The translations under genes were made by a program, and so were the position numbers. The notes beneath the pieces were generated by a model. That model was given only the letters and a program-made list of their open reading frames with translations. It was not told the origin of the DNA and ran no database searches. A stretch of DNA of 46,465 nt, taken from Octopus bimaculoides (Eukaryota). The stretch spans positions 25,305,561-25,352,025 of the forward strand of contig NC_068995.1 of NCBI RefSeq assembly GCF_001194135.2, in the 5' to 3' direction. Position 1 is the first letter of the stretch. Every line of letters starts with the position of its first letter. This document shows positions 1 through 11,932 of this stretch, piece after piece.

Positions 1-497
1 AGAAGAGAAACTGCAGAGTTATGGAAATTAGCTGCCCGGCGTATGTTAACTTAGGGCTGAAGATCAGTGAAAAAGAGAACACGTTCGCTGAACTATTGAG
101 AAATCTGCAGTTACTCTATCCAGATTGCAAGTTCAGGTTTATACCTGTAATTATTGGGCCCTGAGATATGTAACACTGCATAAATACCAATCTTGAGAAA
201 TTAGGCTTCTCAAAGCGAGAAAGGTGAAAGCTAATTCGATGACTACAGATCCAATCCATCACTGGAACTGTAAAAATCTGTAAAACTTTCCAGAAGTTCA
301 TCATTTAAATATATAAGAGCAAGTCTAGATATGCAACTATATGCTTGAGAATACATATATAAAGCAAAACATACAAATCTGCACATATACATACATGCAC
401 ACATACACACGCATACATCCAAACGTACATATTACAAGCACACATACATACGCATACATACATACGTACATACATACATACACACACATACATACAC
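1..497 (+). mobile_element. 3' end of an R4/Dong-like (RLE-type) non-LTR retrotransposon: endonuclease C-terminus, 3' UTR and (CATA)n tail
   Basis: Frame 3 reads KRNCRVMEISCPAYVNLGLKISEKENTFAELLRNLQLLYPDCKFRFIPVIIG...NLEKLGFSK...LQIQSITGTVKICKTFQKFII* with internal stops. Homologous to the minus-strand copy at 33.6-33.9 kb. Confidence 0.8.
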
Positions 498-1755
498 NNN
501 NNNNNNNNNNNNNNNNNNNNNNNNNNNNNNNNNNNNNNNNNNNNNNNNNNNNNNNNNNNNNNNNNNNNNNNNNNNNNNNNNNNNNNNNNNNNNNNNNCGG
601 TTGTAGTCTTTCATTACTGGTCATCTATGTTATCGTAGCATAACATACCAGTATATCATCATTGATATATAATTATTTTGTGTTCGACCGTGTGACACGT
701 TTAAATAAAAGGAGTCCCCTGTTTTTCCATTCGTCACCATATCTCCTTTTTGAGTTCGCACGGTCGTCCCTTACATATATATATATATATATACATATGT
801 GTGTGTGTGTGTGTGTGTATAATTATACTTATTTATCAGTGCAGCAATGTGCCATTAATGACAAAAATAATTTTGTTTTGTCATAATTTTGTAATTTTAC
901 GTTTTTTTATTAGATTTCTGGTGAACTTCACTGATTTTCATATTAACTTACTATTAAATTTGATTCTCAAATCTGGCAACCATCCACTGCAGGTTAAACG
1001 TAAAATGGCTAAAATCGAAAGTGGAGAGACCAAGTTGAAACAGTATGGTACTACCGGTTCTTATATCGTGGCTTCCTATACCAATTGAATAATTCGAGCG
1101 GATCATTTAATCTTTGTTTCAGTTTGTCAAGCTGGACAATGGCAGCATGTTAGCAAGATTATCTGTCATAGCGTATCATCTGCTCTATGCTTTGCAGTAT
1201 TTGTCTCTTATCAACATAACGCTATTGACTATTCAGCTAAACGCCGGGTTTGTGAATACTTATGGTGATTCTGAAAGCGAACTTTGACACCTGTCATTTT
1301 ATAGATTAACATTTAGGACGTACTAGGACTTAAATGAAACAGTATCCATGCTGGAATGTGGAACTTACAGAACCTGCTCTGGTATTTGTTCAATCATATC
1401 GAGAACAATAAGCATTTTATTGCTTCTGCTGTTCTGCTATTGCTGCTATTTTTGCTATTGCCGTTGTTTCTATAGTAACTACCTTAATAAATTATTGATT
1501 GGTTGATTCGAATTAAATGACTGAAGTCGTTAATGATAAGGTTGCTTATGGCTGAACATTGATAACGCACTTTAGTAAAGTTATATTTAATAAGCGCTGA
1601 CATGACTGTAGGGTTAAAAAAAATTGATTGGAAATTATATAGTACCTGCTTCTGTACCAATGTGTAATGTTAGGCAGAAATATTCTATCGCAGTCTCATA
1701 TTCACTAATTACTTTTGAGAGGAATTTATCAAGGAAATGTGTAGAAGCCTATCAG

Positions 1756-1852
1756 ACACGCACACGCACACACACACATACATGCATACACACGCACACG
1801 CACGCACGCACATACACATACACACACACACTCACACATGCACACACACACG

Positions 1853-1916
<64 letters not shown>
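1756..1916. repeat. (CA)n / (CACG)n microsatellite
   Basis: Direct reading; it explains the His/Thr- and Cys/Val-rich spurious ORFs. Confidence 0.95.
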
Positions 1917-1918
<2 letters not shown>

Positions 1919-2142
1919 TAAAAGTTTACCTAAATCTCCCATCAGCAGCTTCGTAGTCGAGAAACTTTTCTCAGTACAAGTCGATGATAGAATATACAAA
2001 AAGTTCACTAATGAAATAAAAAAAAAAAAAACACGTTCCATGTTCCAACCACTTTTTACAATAAAATTTATCAAAAACACGTTTTTAAACAATAATGAAA
2101 TATTTTTATATCAGTATATGTATAATTTGCGTACGTGTGTAC

Positions 2143-4290
2143 GTCACTCTCGACTTAGATAAAATGTCACTCTCGACTTAGATAAAAACCTTATATTACC
2201 CTTTTGATAAACTTCATCAAGCACTACAATATATCAACGACCTATCCAGTCACTCTACAATTACCATAGTCACCGGTATTTCTATAAGCATCTCCAAAAC
2301 TTATCAGCTTATGACGACATCTTAAACAATCACGCCACGAATTCTAACCAAACTCTCCAGATTAGTGGTTTCCACGAAAACATTTCTTATATCCCCAACA
2401 CAGAACTTAAGGTAAGATTGCATTTCGCTTTTCTAGTACAAATCCTCAACCCATCAGACCGTCTTCTTCTCATTCACACTCCATCAATCTTCAAAAAATA
2501 ACCCTACACATCGCCACTTCGAGACTATAATAACTCCAAGCCTCCCTATGTGGACCCACCCACTCTACCCACACGCTCTAAGCCCTCAAATTCCCCCGCC
2601 AAATTAAACCCCTACCTAAACTCTAGTTTCCTACCACAAGATAAATATCATCCTGTTTTCAATAAATCATCTATTAAAATCTCGTACTCCACCACGCCTA
2701 ATTTAGGTTCTATAATTGCCTCCTTTAATAGACACAGATTTCACTGCCTGTCCTTAGGCCATACAATCTATCCTACTAAACTCCACCCCAACCCACCTAG
2801 TCGCAATAATACAACACTTAAAACCCCGCTCGACTCAATAATATCAGCCTTAATGCGACTCCCCATAAAACTACCTATATGACCACATATAGCAGTGGTC
2901 ATAGTCCCTTCCAATCCAACACTGGTATTGATATTACCTCTCACGCTTCCCTCCTGGTACTCCTGATAACGGACCATGCAGAGCTAACCTTCCCAACTTT
3001 CAGATCCAACCCCAGTGCAAACAGGAATACCTGCAAATGTCGGATGTCCCAGCTTTGCCATTTTGGGTGTTTCTGCCTATGCAAGAATGTTGCCTACAAA
3101 TGCCGAGTAGTAACACCACGCTCCCAGTTGATTTGAAGCGCCGCTACCGAGAACACATGAACTCTTTCTCAAATCCAAATTCTCAGTTATCTACCTCTTT
3201 AGCAACCTATATTCACAACCTCAAATCTCAAAACATTCTCTATACCCTAACCTGGTCCATCACCAGTGAGGCTCTCCCTTAGATCACTAACCTCGGCGTT
3301 TGTAAACTGTGTTTAAGGGAATCGCTCACCATCCTTCACAACCGCAACTCTTCATTACTTAATGGATTCCTAGATGTAATCTTTTCAAGCAAACTCATCT
3401 TTTGCTTATTTTGTTAAATCTATGTAATTTCTTAATTATGATTAACTTTAATTACAATTAATCTTAAGTTACAATTTGCTCACAATAGTAACATAAACCT
3501 TTTTACTAAATATTCCTTCTTAATATTACCTTTGCAAATTCCTCCTGCCCAGCAACCCCCTTACAACCACCTCATCCTTTGAATTTCTTTCCCTATGTTC
3601 TTGCCTCTGCAACCAAAACTACTTAGCACCGATTACTACTACAACCGCTACCTATACATCTATTCTTCTCTTTCTCTCTGTCCACCTCTCTTTATTTACT
3701 CTCACACACTTCTACATACCTCAGCATTCACTTAACGACGCCAACCCACCTTCATTCTTGAAACTGCCTCTTCTCCACCCTGCTAGAATATTTTACCATC
3801 CCTTAATAGTCGCTCCTCACTGTTCTCACTATCTCTACTTTCCTTAATACTATAACCTCACCATCCTAAACATTGACCATCCTTCAAATACCAGCTATAT
3901 TACTCTTCCTATTTATCTCCCAACTCTTCACTTCTGCAAATTCTTTCAATACACAGTTCATTTACCCCTCCACCATCTTATTGATCTGACTCTCATATCT
4001 CTTCATCCTTTCTTTGCTACAACACCCCCCTCACTCTCACTGAGCCACCGACCTCCTCCGGTCACTACTACTTCTTTGCCTTCCACTACACCCATTCCAC
4101 CTTTCAATTTCCCTGCATTATCGGATATGTTAGATTCTTATCTCTCCACCCTGAAGAAGGAGGCCGGGTTTTTGTTTTGTTTGCTTCCAATACTGGTTGT
4201 ACATTTTTGTTGAACTACATCTCCCAACATTATGAAGTAACTCCGAGACTCAGTAAAAGATGTCGGACTTGTAACAGCATACCTTCTCTC
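2143..4290 (+). mobile_element. 5'-truncated, decayed Penelope-like element: RT C-terminus/thumb, GIY-YIG endonuclease (~3030-3370), pyrimidine-rich 3' region and terminal region
   Basis: Frameshifted peptides VTLDLDK..LQYINDLSSH, ISGFHENISY, DKYHPVFNKSSIKISYSTTPNLGSIIASFN, CRMSQLCHFGCFCLCKNVAYKC, LKRRYREHMNSF..STSLATYIHNLK..TWSI..CKLCLRESL..LLN match the PLE thumb plus GIY-YIG layout. Confidence 0.85.
4151..4260 (+). ncRNA. Degenerate hammerhead-like motif at the PLE 3' end
   Basis: CTGAAGA (4151-4157), A, GGAG...CTCC stem II, GAGAC (GAAAC variant), TCA, GTA. Stem I cannot be formed. Confidence 0.35.
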
Positions 4291-4410
4291 CTCTAATTCT
4301 TTGAGTCTATGTAATGTAAGTTTGCTTTATTGATATACAAATATATATATTTATACTTGAAAGTTAATCATCTGAAAATTTTCAGTCAACTTTATTTACA
4401 TGCTTACATA

Positions 4411-4800
4411 GGCGCAGGAGTGGATGTGTGGTAAGTAATTTGCTTACCAACCACATGGTTCTGGGTTCAGTCTCATTGCGTGGCACTTTGGGCAAGTGTC
4501 ATCTCTTCTACTATAGCCTCGGGTCGACAAAATCCTTGTGAGTGGATTTCGTAGACGGAAACTGAAAGAAGCCGGTCGTATATTTATATATATATTTGTG
4601 TGTCTGTGTTTGTCCCCCCACCGCCGCTTGACAACCGATGTTGTTGTGCTTACGTCCCTGTAACATAGCTGTTCGGCAAAAGCGACCGATAGAATAATTA
4701 CTAAGCTTGCAAAGAATAAATCCTGGGGTCGATTTGTTCGACTAAAGTCGGTACTCCAGCATGGCTGCAGTCAAATGACTGAAATTAATAAAAGGAAAAG
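4411..4800 (+). mobile_element. Full-length tRNA-derived SINE (family 1, bipartite with internal TA/GT microsatellite)
   Basis: ggcgcaggagtggatgtgtggtaag...gggttcagtc head and ...cagtcaaatgactgaaa tail; closely matches the copy at 34857-35244. Confidence 0.9.
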
Positions 4801-4999
4801 AATACTATATATTCCGTACATCAAAACAAGATTTTTTCTCTGTTTATTTGGAACATTGTCTCTATATCCTGATCTGGAGTGTAAGCTTAAATTTTTTGAG
4901 CACAACAAAGTGTTTTCTATACATAGATTCTCTCGATCTCATTTGTTAACTCCATACACACGCGCGCGCGAACACACACATACACACACACACAAATAT

Positions 5000-5235
5000 A
5001 TATCTACTTATAAACATATAAATGCATGGTCGCCATGATAGATCGCTGACCACTACATTTATATTTTTTTTCTCCTTGTTTCTCTACTTATTTCTTTCTG
5101 TGTTCCTTTCAGTTGAAGAGCGTAGGCTCGAAACGTCAAAGACTTTCTTTATTCCCGAGCGTTAAACTAATACATCCATTTGTTGTTTACACCACCTGTC
5201 TTCGTGTGTTGTTTTTTTCGTAAATTCTCCCATAT
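5000..5235 (+). mobile_element. Short PLE-terminus-like repeat carrying an HHR-like fold
   Basis: Pyrimidine-rich leader followed by an HHR-like motif at 5106-5141; ends at (TA)n and a gap. Confidence 0.5.
5106..5141 (+). ncRNA. Minimal type-I hammerhead-like motif with variant core
   Basis: cttt / CAGTTGA (canonical CTGANGA) / A / gagc-gtag-gctc / GAAAC-GTC / aaag. Confidence 0.45.
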
Positions 5236-5946
5236 ATATATATATACATACATATATATGTATTATATATATATATNNNNNNNNNNNNNNNNNNNNNNNN
5301 NNNNNNNNNNNNNNNNNNNNNNNNNNNNNNNNNNNNNNNNNNNNNNNNNNNNNNNNNNNNNNNNNNNNNNNNNNNNNNNNNNNNNNNNNNNNNNNNNNNN
5401 NNNNNNNNNNNNNNNNNNNNNNNNNNNNNNNNNNNNNNNNNNNNNNNNNNNNNNNNNNNNNNNNNNNNNNNNNNNNNNNNNNNNNNNNNNNNNNNNNNNN
5501 NNNNNNNNNNNNNNNNNNNNNNNNNNNNNNNNNNNNNNNNNNNNNNNNNNNNNNNNNNNNNNNNNNNNNNNNNNNNNNNNNNNNNNNNNNNNNNNNNNNN
5601 NNNNNNNNNNNNNNNNNNNNNNNNNNNNNNNNNNNNNNNNNNNNNNNNNNNNNNNNNNNNNNNNNNNNNNNNNNNNNNNNNNNNNNNNNNNNNNNNNNNN
5701 NNNNNNNNNNNNNNNNNNNNNNNNNNNNNNNNNNNNNNNNNNNNNNNNNNNNNNNNNNNNNNNNNNNNNNNNNNNNNNNNNNNNNNNNNNNNNNNNNNNN
5801 NNNNNNNNNNNNNNNNNNNNNNNNNNNNNNNNNNNNNNNNNNNNNNNNNNNNNNNNNNNNNNNNNNNNNNNNNNNNNNNNNNNNNNNNNNNNNNNNNNNN
5901 NNNNNNNNNNNNNNNNNNNNNNNNNNNNNNNNNNNNNNNNNNNNNN

Positions 5947-7297
5947 ATACAAGAAAGGAATATTGGAAGAGTCACATAACAAGAATCGTACAGCTTTCTT
6001 TAAGGAGAAGATGTTGGGTCTCCGAATGGTTCGAAAATGGCGAGCAGAGTACGATAATCTCAGCAGACAGGTGGATGAAGGAAGTGCTAAGAAGTGCAGG
6101 TGTGGATCAGGTCACCAACCGTTATTTTCGGAACTGGGAGATATCATTTCGGGATGGATTGCTGACAGAAGAACAAAGGCTTTGGTTGTACACAGGGCTG
6201 ATCTTCAAGGATTTGCTCTTGCAATGGCACCACAGTTGGATGTACCCCCAAAGATATTCAAAGCATCACTTCATTGGCTAGATAACTTCCTTCGGCGATA
6301 TGAGTTCTCTCTAAGAAGATCGACAACACTGTTCAAGCTGGAGGACGCTGAAGTGATTCAACGTGCACTTACATTCAAGTCCTTCGTTGATGGCATCGAC
6401 TTTTCTAAATACAATCTCTCCAATATAATTGCTATGGAAGAGACTGCAGTATTTATGGGCCGAGGAAATAAAATGACAATTGAACAGATAGGTGCCTCGC
6501 CAATCTACGCTGCCTCAACGGGTTACGAAAGTGCATGAGTTACTTATATTTTAGCACTTCGTCTTAATGGAACAAAAATCCCACCGCTTACNNNNNNNNN
6601 NCACCGCTTACCATCACAACGGGCAAATAAAAAAAAAAAAAAGAGAAAATGAAATGAGTTTCGAGCATTTCTTTCCTTCAAGCGGAAAAGCCTTGGTGCA
6701 CACAAGCTGTTATAAGAAAATGGGTTGATTTAACTTTTCCATCTGTTTTATGTGGTTCTCAAAGAAGTCTTTTAGTCTGAGATTCGGCCAGTACTCATCA
6801 CGCAAAAGATGTTTAAACCTTTCTTTCTGAAGAAATTAGAATTGACCATGTAATGATTCCCACGGGAACGACTTCATATCTACAAACATCAGAGCTTGTA
6901 ATAAACAAGTCCTTCAAAGATTATTCGTAGATAGATGTGAATGAATATATCGAACATATAATGGAGAGAAATAAGCGTAGAAACTTTGTCAAACCCAATC
7001 TCCAAGTAGTCGTGATTTGGGTGAAGAATTCATGGAATAAAATTACCTACAGTTGCGTTGCCAATGCACTTCGATCAGGGTACTTGGACAAAAAGAATTC
7101 ATTTAAGGAAAGTTATATTGTCAAACGTGGGTTTTCTTTTTACATTTTTTTTCCTTTTACACAAGGACATGAGACTTTTTCGTCTTTCTTGAATTTTTCC
7201 GCAAAAATATAAGACATCACCCCAAAATAAGCCCTAGTGCGTTTTTGGGATGCAAAATTAATATAAGACCGGGTCTTACTTTCGGGGAAACACGGTA
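5947..7297 (+). mobile_element. pogo/Tigger-like DNA transposon (CENP-B-type HTH + DDE_1), decayed; 5' end lies in a gap
   Basis: ...VRKWRAEY...PLFSELGDIISGWIADRR...FKASLHWLDNFLRRYEFSLRRSTT...IIAMEETAVF...STGYESA. The right terminus ...cttactttcggggaaacacgg|TA (7295) is pogo-like. Confidence 0.85.
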
Positions 7298-7317
7298 TAT
7301 ATATATATATATATATA

Positions 7318-7895
7318 CACATTGCGTTTCAAATTACTAACGACGTAACATTTTTCTATTCTATCTAAAACCTACTCATTCGAATTCAATGAAATTTTCA
7401 CAAAATTTTGGCAACAGTTATATGCGTGCGGTGTATAAAAACGTAAGGTTCTGTAACACAACACAGAATCTACAAGCATTTGCATAATTTACGTAAACTT
7501 TCACTGTTTCAAATTATTAGCGAGGTGTGATTTAAAACTCATGTAAACAAGAAAATACCAATTTAATTGTTTGATGCACACACTGAAATGAACACAGACA
7601 TAAACATGGGAGAAATAGAAATAAACAAATAAACAGAGTTCAAAAATTATCGTAAGCTGGTTAGTAAGGAATATATGAGCCTTTGTTTGAAATAGGTTGA
7701 AAAAGGCGCTGGTCCATGGAACATACTAATTTCTGGATTTCCTCTGGTGTTATACCACGAGATACATCCACTATTGCCTGCTACAGTTCATTCTTGCTCC
7801 TAAATTGGCGTCCATTCTCGTAAACTCGTCGCTTTAGAATACCTCACAAGTTTTCTATTGGGTTTAAGTCAGGGGAACAGGGAGGCCACGTCATC
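7318..7895 (-). mobile_element. 3' portion of a Tc1-like transposon
   Basis: Minus strand 7895-7665 reads MTWPPCSPDLNPIENL*GILKRRVYENGRQFRSKNEL*QAI...IQKLVCSMDQRL...NKGSYIPY*. Terminus TA|cacattgcgtttcaaatta at 7318. Confidence 0.8.
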
Positions 7896-8259
7896 TTCCG
7901 AGGTTCACACACACACACACACACACAAGCGCACACGCACACGCACACAGAGAAGCGCACACGCACACACACAGTGCCTCAAACTAAGGAAAGCTAAACA
8001 AAAATAAAATGGCTTCTACCAATGAGCATGGAATGGAGCAAATAATCACTGACTTTAAAATACTAGTAAACAGTTATGCCCGGAAATGTATCTACCAACA
8101 AACAAAAAATGAATAAATAAAGGCGAGTTTCGGTGGATAAGCCACTTGCGACAACGATATGACAAACGTGTGTACGTTTTTTCCTCTACCTCTCTATCAA
8201 CAAATGCATATTAGAAGAGAGATAGGCTATCTTTTCTTCTACCTCTCTATCAACATAAG

Positions 8260-9140
8260 TAACTCAGAAGGTAGCTAGTTTCATGTCAAATATTTTTAGT
8301 TTTTGTAGTTTTTAGGTTTTATTTTTCTTAGTTTGTAATTTTAAGTTTAGGTCTTAATTTTTAACTTTTAATTTTAAGCTTTAAATTTAATTCTTATTCC
8401 TGTATCTCGAATCATTTAATTGTTATTCAGCTTGAAATATATATTTTCACTCATTTACCCTTATCTCATTTTTATTCCATTTCTCCTCTCTCTCCTATAT
8501 ACACCCACTCACAAAACCCACTTATGATATCTCTATCATTACCCTTACTTTTATTTGTATTTTATTTCATTTTTTACCCTTTTACCCTATCTTTTTTATT
8601 TCTTTCTCCTCTCTCTCTCCTATTTATACTCACTCACAAAACCCATTTACGTCTGTCTTACTTTCTTGCTCTATACACATATTTACAATATGAATAAATC
8701 ATTCGAAATACTGCCTGGATTTATCTGAGATTTTAACTAAGGACCTGTACCTTCATGGAAGTACCGACCAACATCCATATCCTCTGGAAAAACATGAGTT
8801 GTGAACATTATTCTCCTGCTAATATTCTTCTACTTCCTTTATTCTCTATTCTTCTACTTACTCTTTTATTTTATTCGTTATAAACTGTGAATTTTATTCC
8901 TTGTGAACTGTAAATTTTCCCTGTGTAAAATATTCATACCGTGTCTCTGATGACCGTATGCCCAGTGCGTGGACATGCAAACCTACCAGTTAGGTTATCC
9001 CAGAAACGACTGTAAGACTTCAAATTCACCTTACCCTAATTAAATTATTCTAAATGATTTGAGTCACTCATCCTGCCTTGGTTTTTAAAATCTTTCCTCT
9101 AATATAATATATTCTTGCTATAACGAAACCCTAATACGGA
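8260..9140 (+). mobile_element. Non-autonomous PLE-like/retrozyme-like repeat, copy 1
   Basis: T/C-rich leader; a 99-nt block (8706-8804) aligns without gaps to 13614-13712; HHR at 8943-9018; post-HHR tail caccttac..taattaaat..ttctaaa..ctttcctctaatata is shared with copy 2. Confidence 0.65.
8943..9018 (+). ncRNA. Type-I hammerhead ribozyme motif (stem II eroded)
   Basis: gtct / CTGATGA (8947-8953) / long stem II region / GAAAC-gact-GTA (9003-9014) / agac. Confidence 0.6.
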
Positions 9141-9539
9141 TCCCTAGACCCAGGTCAATGTTTGTAAAAAATTTTATAAATTTGCATTTGTGCATAGGTT
9201 TGCTTTTGCAGCAACAGGTATGTTTAGAAATATTGGTCATGCTAAGATGATGTTATTACAAATGTTTTTTCTACTTACTATATCCTTAGAAATTAAAATA
9301 AATGAAATAACAAATCCGTTTCTATATTTTTTCATACATGCGTCGCCGAAAAAGGAACCTAATTGTTCTTCTTCTTTATCAAAACTCTATCACTATCATA
9401 ATAACCGCTAACAACAATACGATAATGGTGGTTCATATGACTGAAATATTCTAAACTTTTTCAGTCAGCCTAGTGTATTAATAACCATTTACCTATACTT
9501 CATATAAACTCACAAACTGTCTAGTCAAATGAAATTTAT

Positions 9540-10420
9540 AATTATTTTATACCACCAGCAAGAAAATTGAAAGTTATGGCAGTAGCCAAGAGTTCGAACA
9601 ATTGTACTGCTGCTAGAACATTCAATGTTGCCGAGAAGATGGTAAGAGAGTGGAAAAAGAATGAGTAAAAATTAAGACAACGCTCAAACAAAAATGTGCA
9701 ATGAGAAGAGGAAGCATTCGTTGGCTGAAGTTGGAAAAGGACGTAGCAAAATGGGTACTCCACCAGAGACAAGATGGCTATATTGTAACACGAAATAAAA
9801 TAAGATCTTATGCCCTAAAATGGGATAAATCATATAAAGAAGAAAGTAGAGATTTTAAAGCAACAGTAGGCTGGTGCAATCGTTTTATGAACAGGAAAAA
9901 ATCTGGTAATAAGGGAGAAAATAAAAATCACTCAAAAACTCCCGAGATTTTTCCATCACAAAGCAACCAGCTTTCACCAGTTCATCATCCAGCTGAGAAA
10001 AAAAGCATCAGTTTCCATTGTCTCATATTGGAAATATGGATGAAACTCCATTAAACTTTGACATGCTGGGTAACAGAACGGTAGATTTGAAAGGAGTAAA
10101 AACAGTGGACGTTAAAAGCACAGGATATGAGAAAACGAGGTTTATGGTGATATTATGGTGCTGCCTCACTTGAAGTTCTCTGTGATTTTGTTATAAAGGC
10201 ATGGAACAAAGTTAAAGTAGAAAATGTGATAGAATCATTTTTAAAAAATGCAGTATCTCAATTGTCATGGATGGTACAATAGCGACGACGAAGTCGAAAT
10301 CGTTTCACCAGAACAAGACTGGAATCCTTACGATGAAGGCATATGTGATGAATCTTGTGATATGTATGACAAACATTTAGAAACATATAGTGATGACTGT
10401 GAAGAATTTAATGGGTTTTA
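9540..10420 (+). mobile_element. Second pogo-like transposase remnant (Brinker-type HTH, CENP-B HTH, DDE_1) with an internal deletion
   Basis: YTTSKKLKVM..NNCTAARTFNVAEKMVREWKK; LEKDVAKWVLHQRQDGYIVTR..FKATVGWCNRFMNR; IGNMDETPLNFDM..KSTGYEKTRFMV, then a jump to the C-terminus ending EEFNGF*. Confidence 0.85.
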
Positions 10421-11932
10421 GATAAATACATGTGGCAGGTTTGATGTTTTATAATGCAGTTTTATAATGTGACACAGTTATGTAATAAAAAGGTGTTGTA
10501 TTGTATTGTAATAGTACACTTTTATTTATTATGCAATGTATACACGTTTATATAGTAATTGAGGATGTATGTTTGTATTAGTGTGGCCCATAGCGAGTCA
10601 CTGCTACAGTGCTCCGTAATATGAAGACATAGGATTCAATATTTATGGTGGTGGTGTAAAGTAGATCACTTGCATACATGAAACAATAAATCATAAAATT
10701 TTTATTAATTAAAACTTCTTAGATTACAATATCAAATATGCTTGCGATCGCTTTCGTGTAGCAGATAAACCTGCCTGTGTCAGTACCGTAGCTCAGTCAA
10801 CAGTAGTATATTTTCTTATACAGTGAGACTGTGATAAGCAGTGTAGCAACACTGGACATCAATGGTGTAATATTTATAATGGTATAACGCAATAACAGTC
10901 TATTGGTACAGGAAGAAAATGAAATTGCTATACAGCAACATACATTACAGCTATATACTGATAAAATAAACTAATACAGTTATAGGAATTCTGTGTAATT
11001 CAGTCTTATAACTAACTAGCTGCTGGCACCGCTTTCACTTCAGTTGTCCCATGTGGAAAACATTTGATAGTCTGCCATAAAAATCTTTTTTTCTCTTTTT
11101 TATTCTTTCAAAGTCAACAGGAAGTCATGTGACCCTAAAGACGACTTAACCCACTTCTGAAACCACACATTTCCTCGTGACATATAAGCAAAAGAGGAAT
11201 TGGTGAGCTGAGGTTTGAAGCTGTCAGCCTTATGTATGACTGGGGGAAAGGGACGGCTTTAGTTTCATTGTGTAGGAAGGTGTGTGTGTGCGTGCGCCAG
11301 TGCACTGTTTTGTTTGATTTGCGAATAAGAAGAGTGTTGTTCTATCAATTACGTGTGCACACCACCCCACACCACCCCATGCACATTCACTGGCAGCTGT
11401 TGTGAGTTTCTATCACAAAACTGTTTCCACTATGCTTAAAAGGCGGTGATGGCCATGCAATTGAGGTAAGTTGCTGGCTAGAGGATATCACTAATTCAAG
11501 TTGCTCTGGTTCCATTTGAAGTTGCTAATGACCGAAGGTATAGTTACCGCGTTGGCTTTTAACTTCTCCCCACTCAAAGATTTTGTGACAGTGAGGAGTG
11601 TTGTAAAGTGAAGATTAGTTAATTGGGTTATCATTTCAGTTGTAATTCCCCGATGCAGCCATTTCGCTAATGATGATGGAAGTTCATGAAAGGTATTTAA
11701 TGAAGCGGAAGCCTTGAATCTTTGAGGGGAAGCTGCAGTAAACGATGATGTAACGATGTAGTAGGCCTGGTGCATTATACTCTCAACTTTATTATTTATA
11801 TAATATTCCATCACTCACGTTTCTGTAATCAAATCCTATTGCTGTTTCCTCTGCTTTTCGTTCAAAACTTGGAAACATTTTAATTGATTAACCAAAATGC
11901 TACTCAGTATTTTTAGACACATCAAAAAAAGT

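Noticed and set aside
1123-1180. Possible exon encoding CQAGQWQHVSKIIC (sushi-like spacing) after ttgtttcag
   Set aside because: Too short, no convincing donor and no partner exons; chance is likely.
5180-6538. 452-aa ORF and other long X-filled ORFs (14.9, 18.4-19.4, 20.1, 22.7, 32.8 kb)
   Set aside because: They are produced by runs of N that contain no stop codons; only the pogo part beyond 5947 is real sequence.
6582-6611. Direct repeat caccgcttac flanking a 10-N gap
   Set aside because: Typical unmerged contig overlap, not a TSD.
8706-8804. Shared 32-codon open frame in both HHR-family copies (KYCLD..HG..PYP..EL* and KYRLD..HG..PYP..EL* at 13614-13712)
   Set aside because: 17/32 residues are identical, but only 6 of 26 nucleotide differences are purely synonymous, about the neutral expectation, and both have upstream in-frame stops.
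11813-11828. Minus-strand ttacag|aaac|gtgagt 4-nt microexon-like pattern
   Set aside because: Weak polypyrimidine tract and frame-shifting length.
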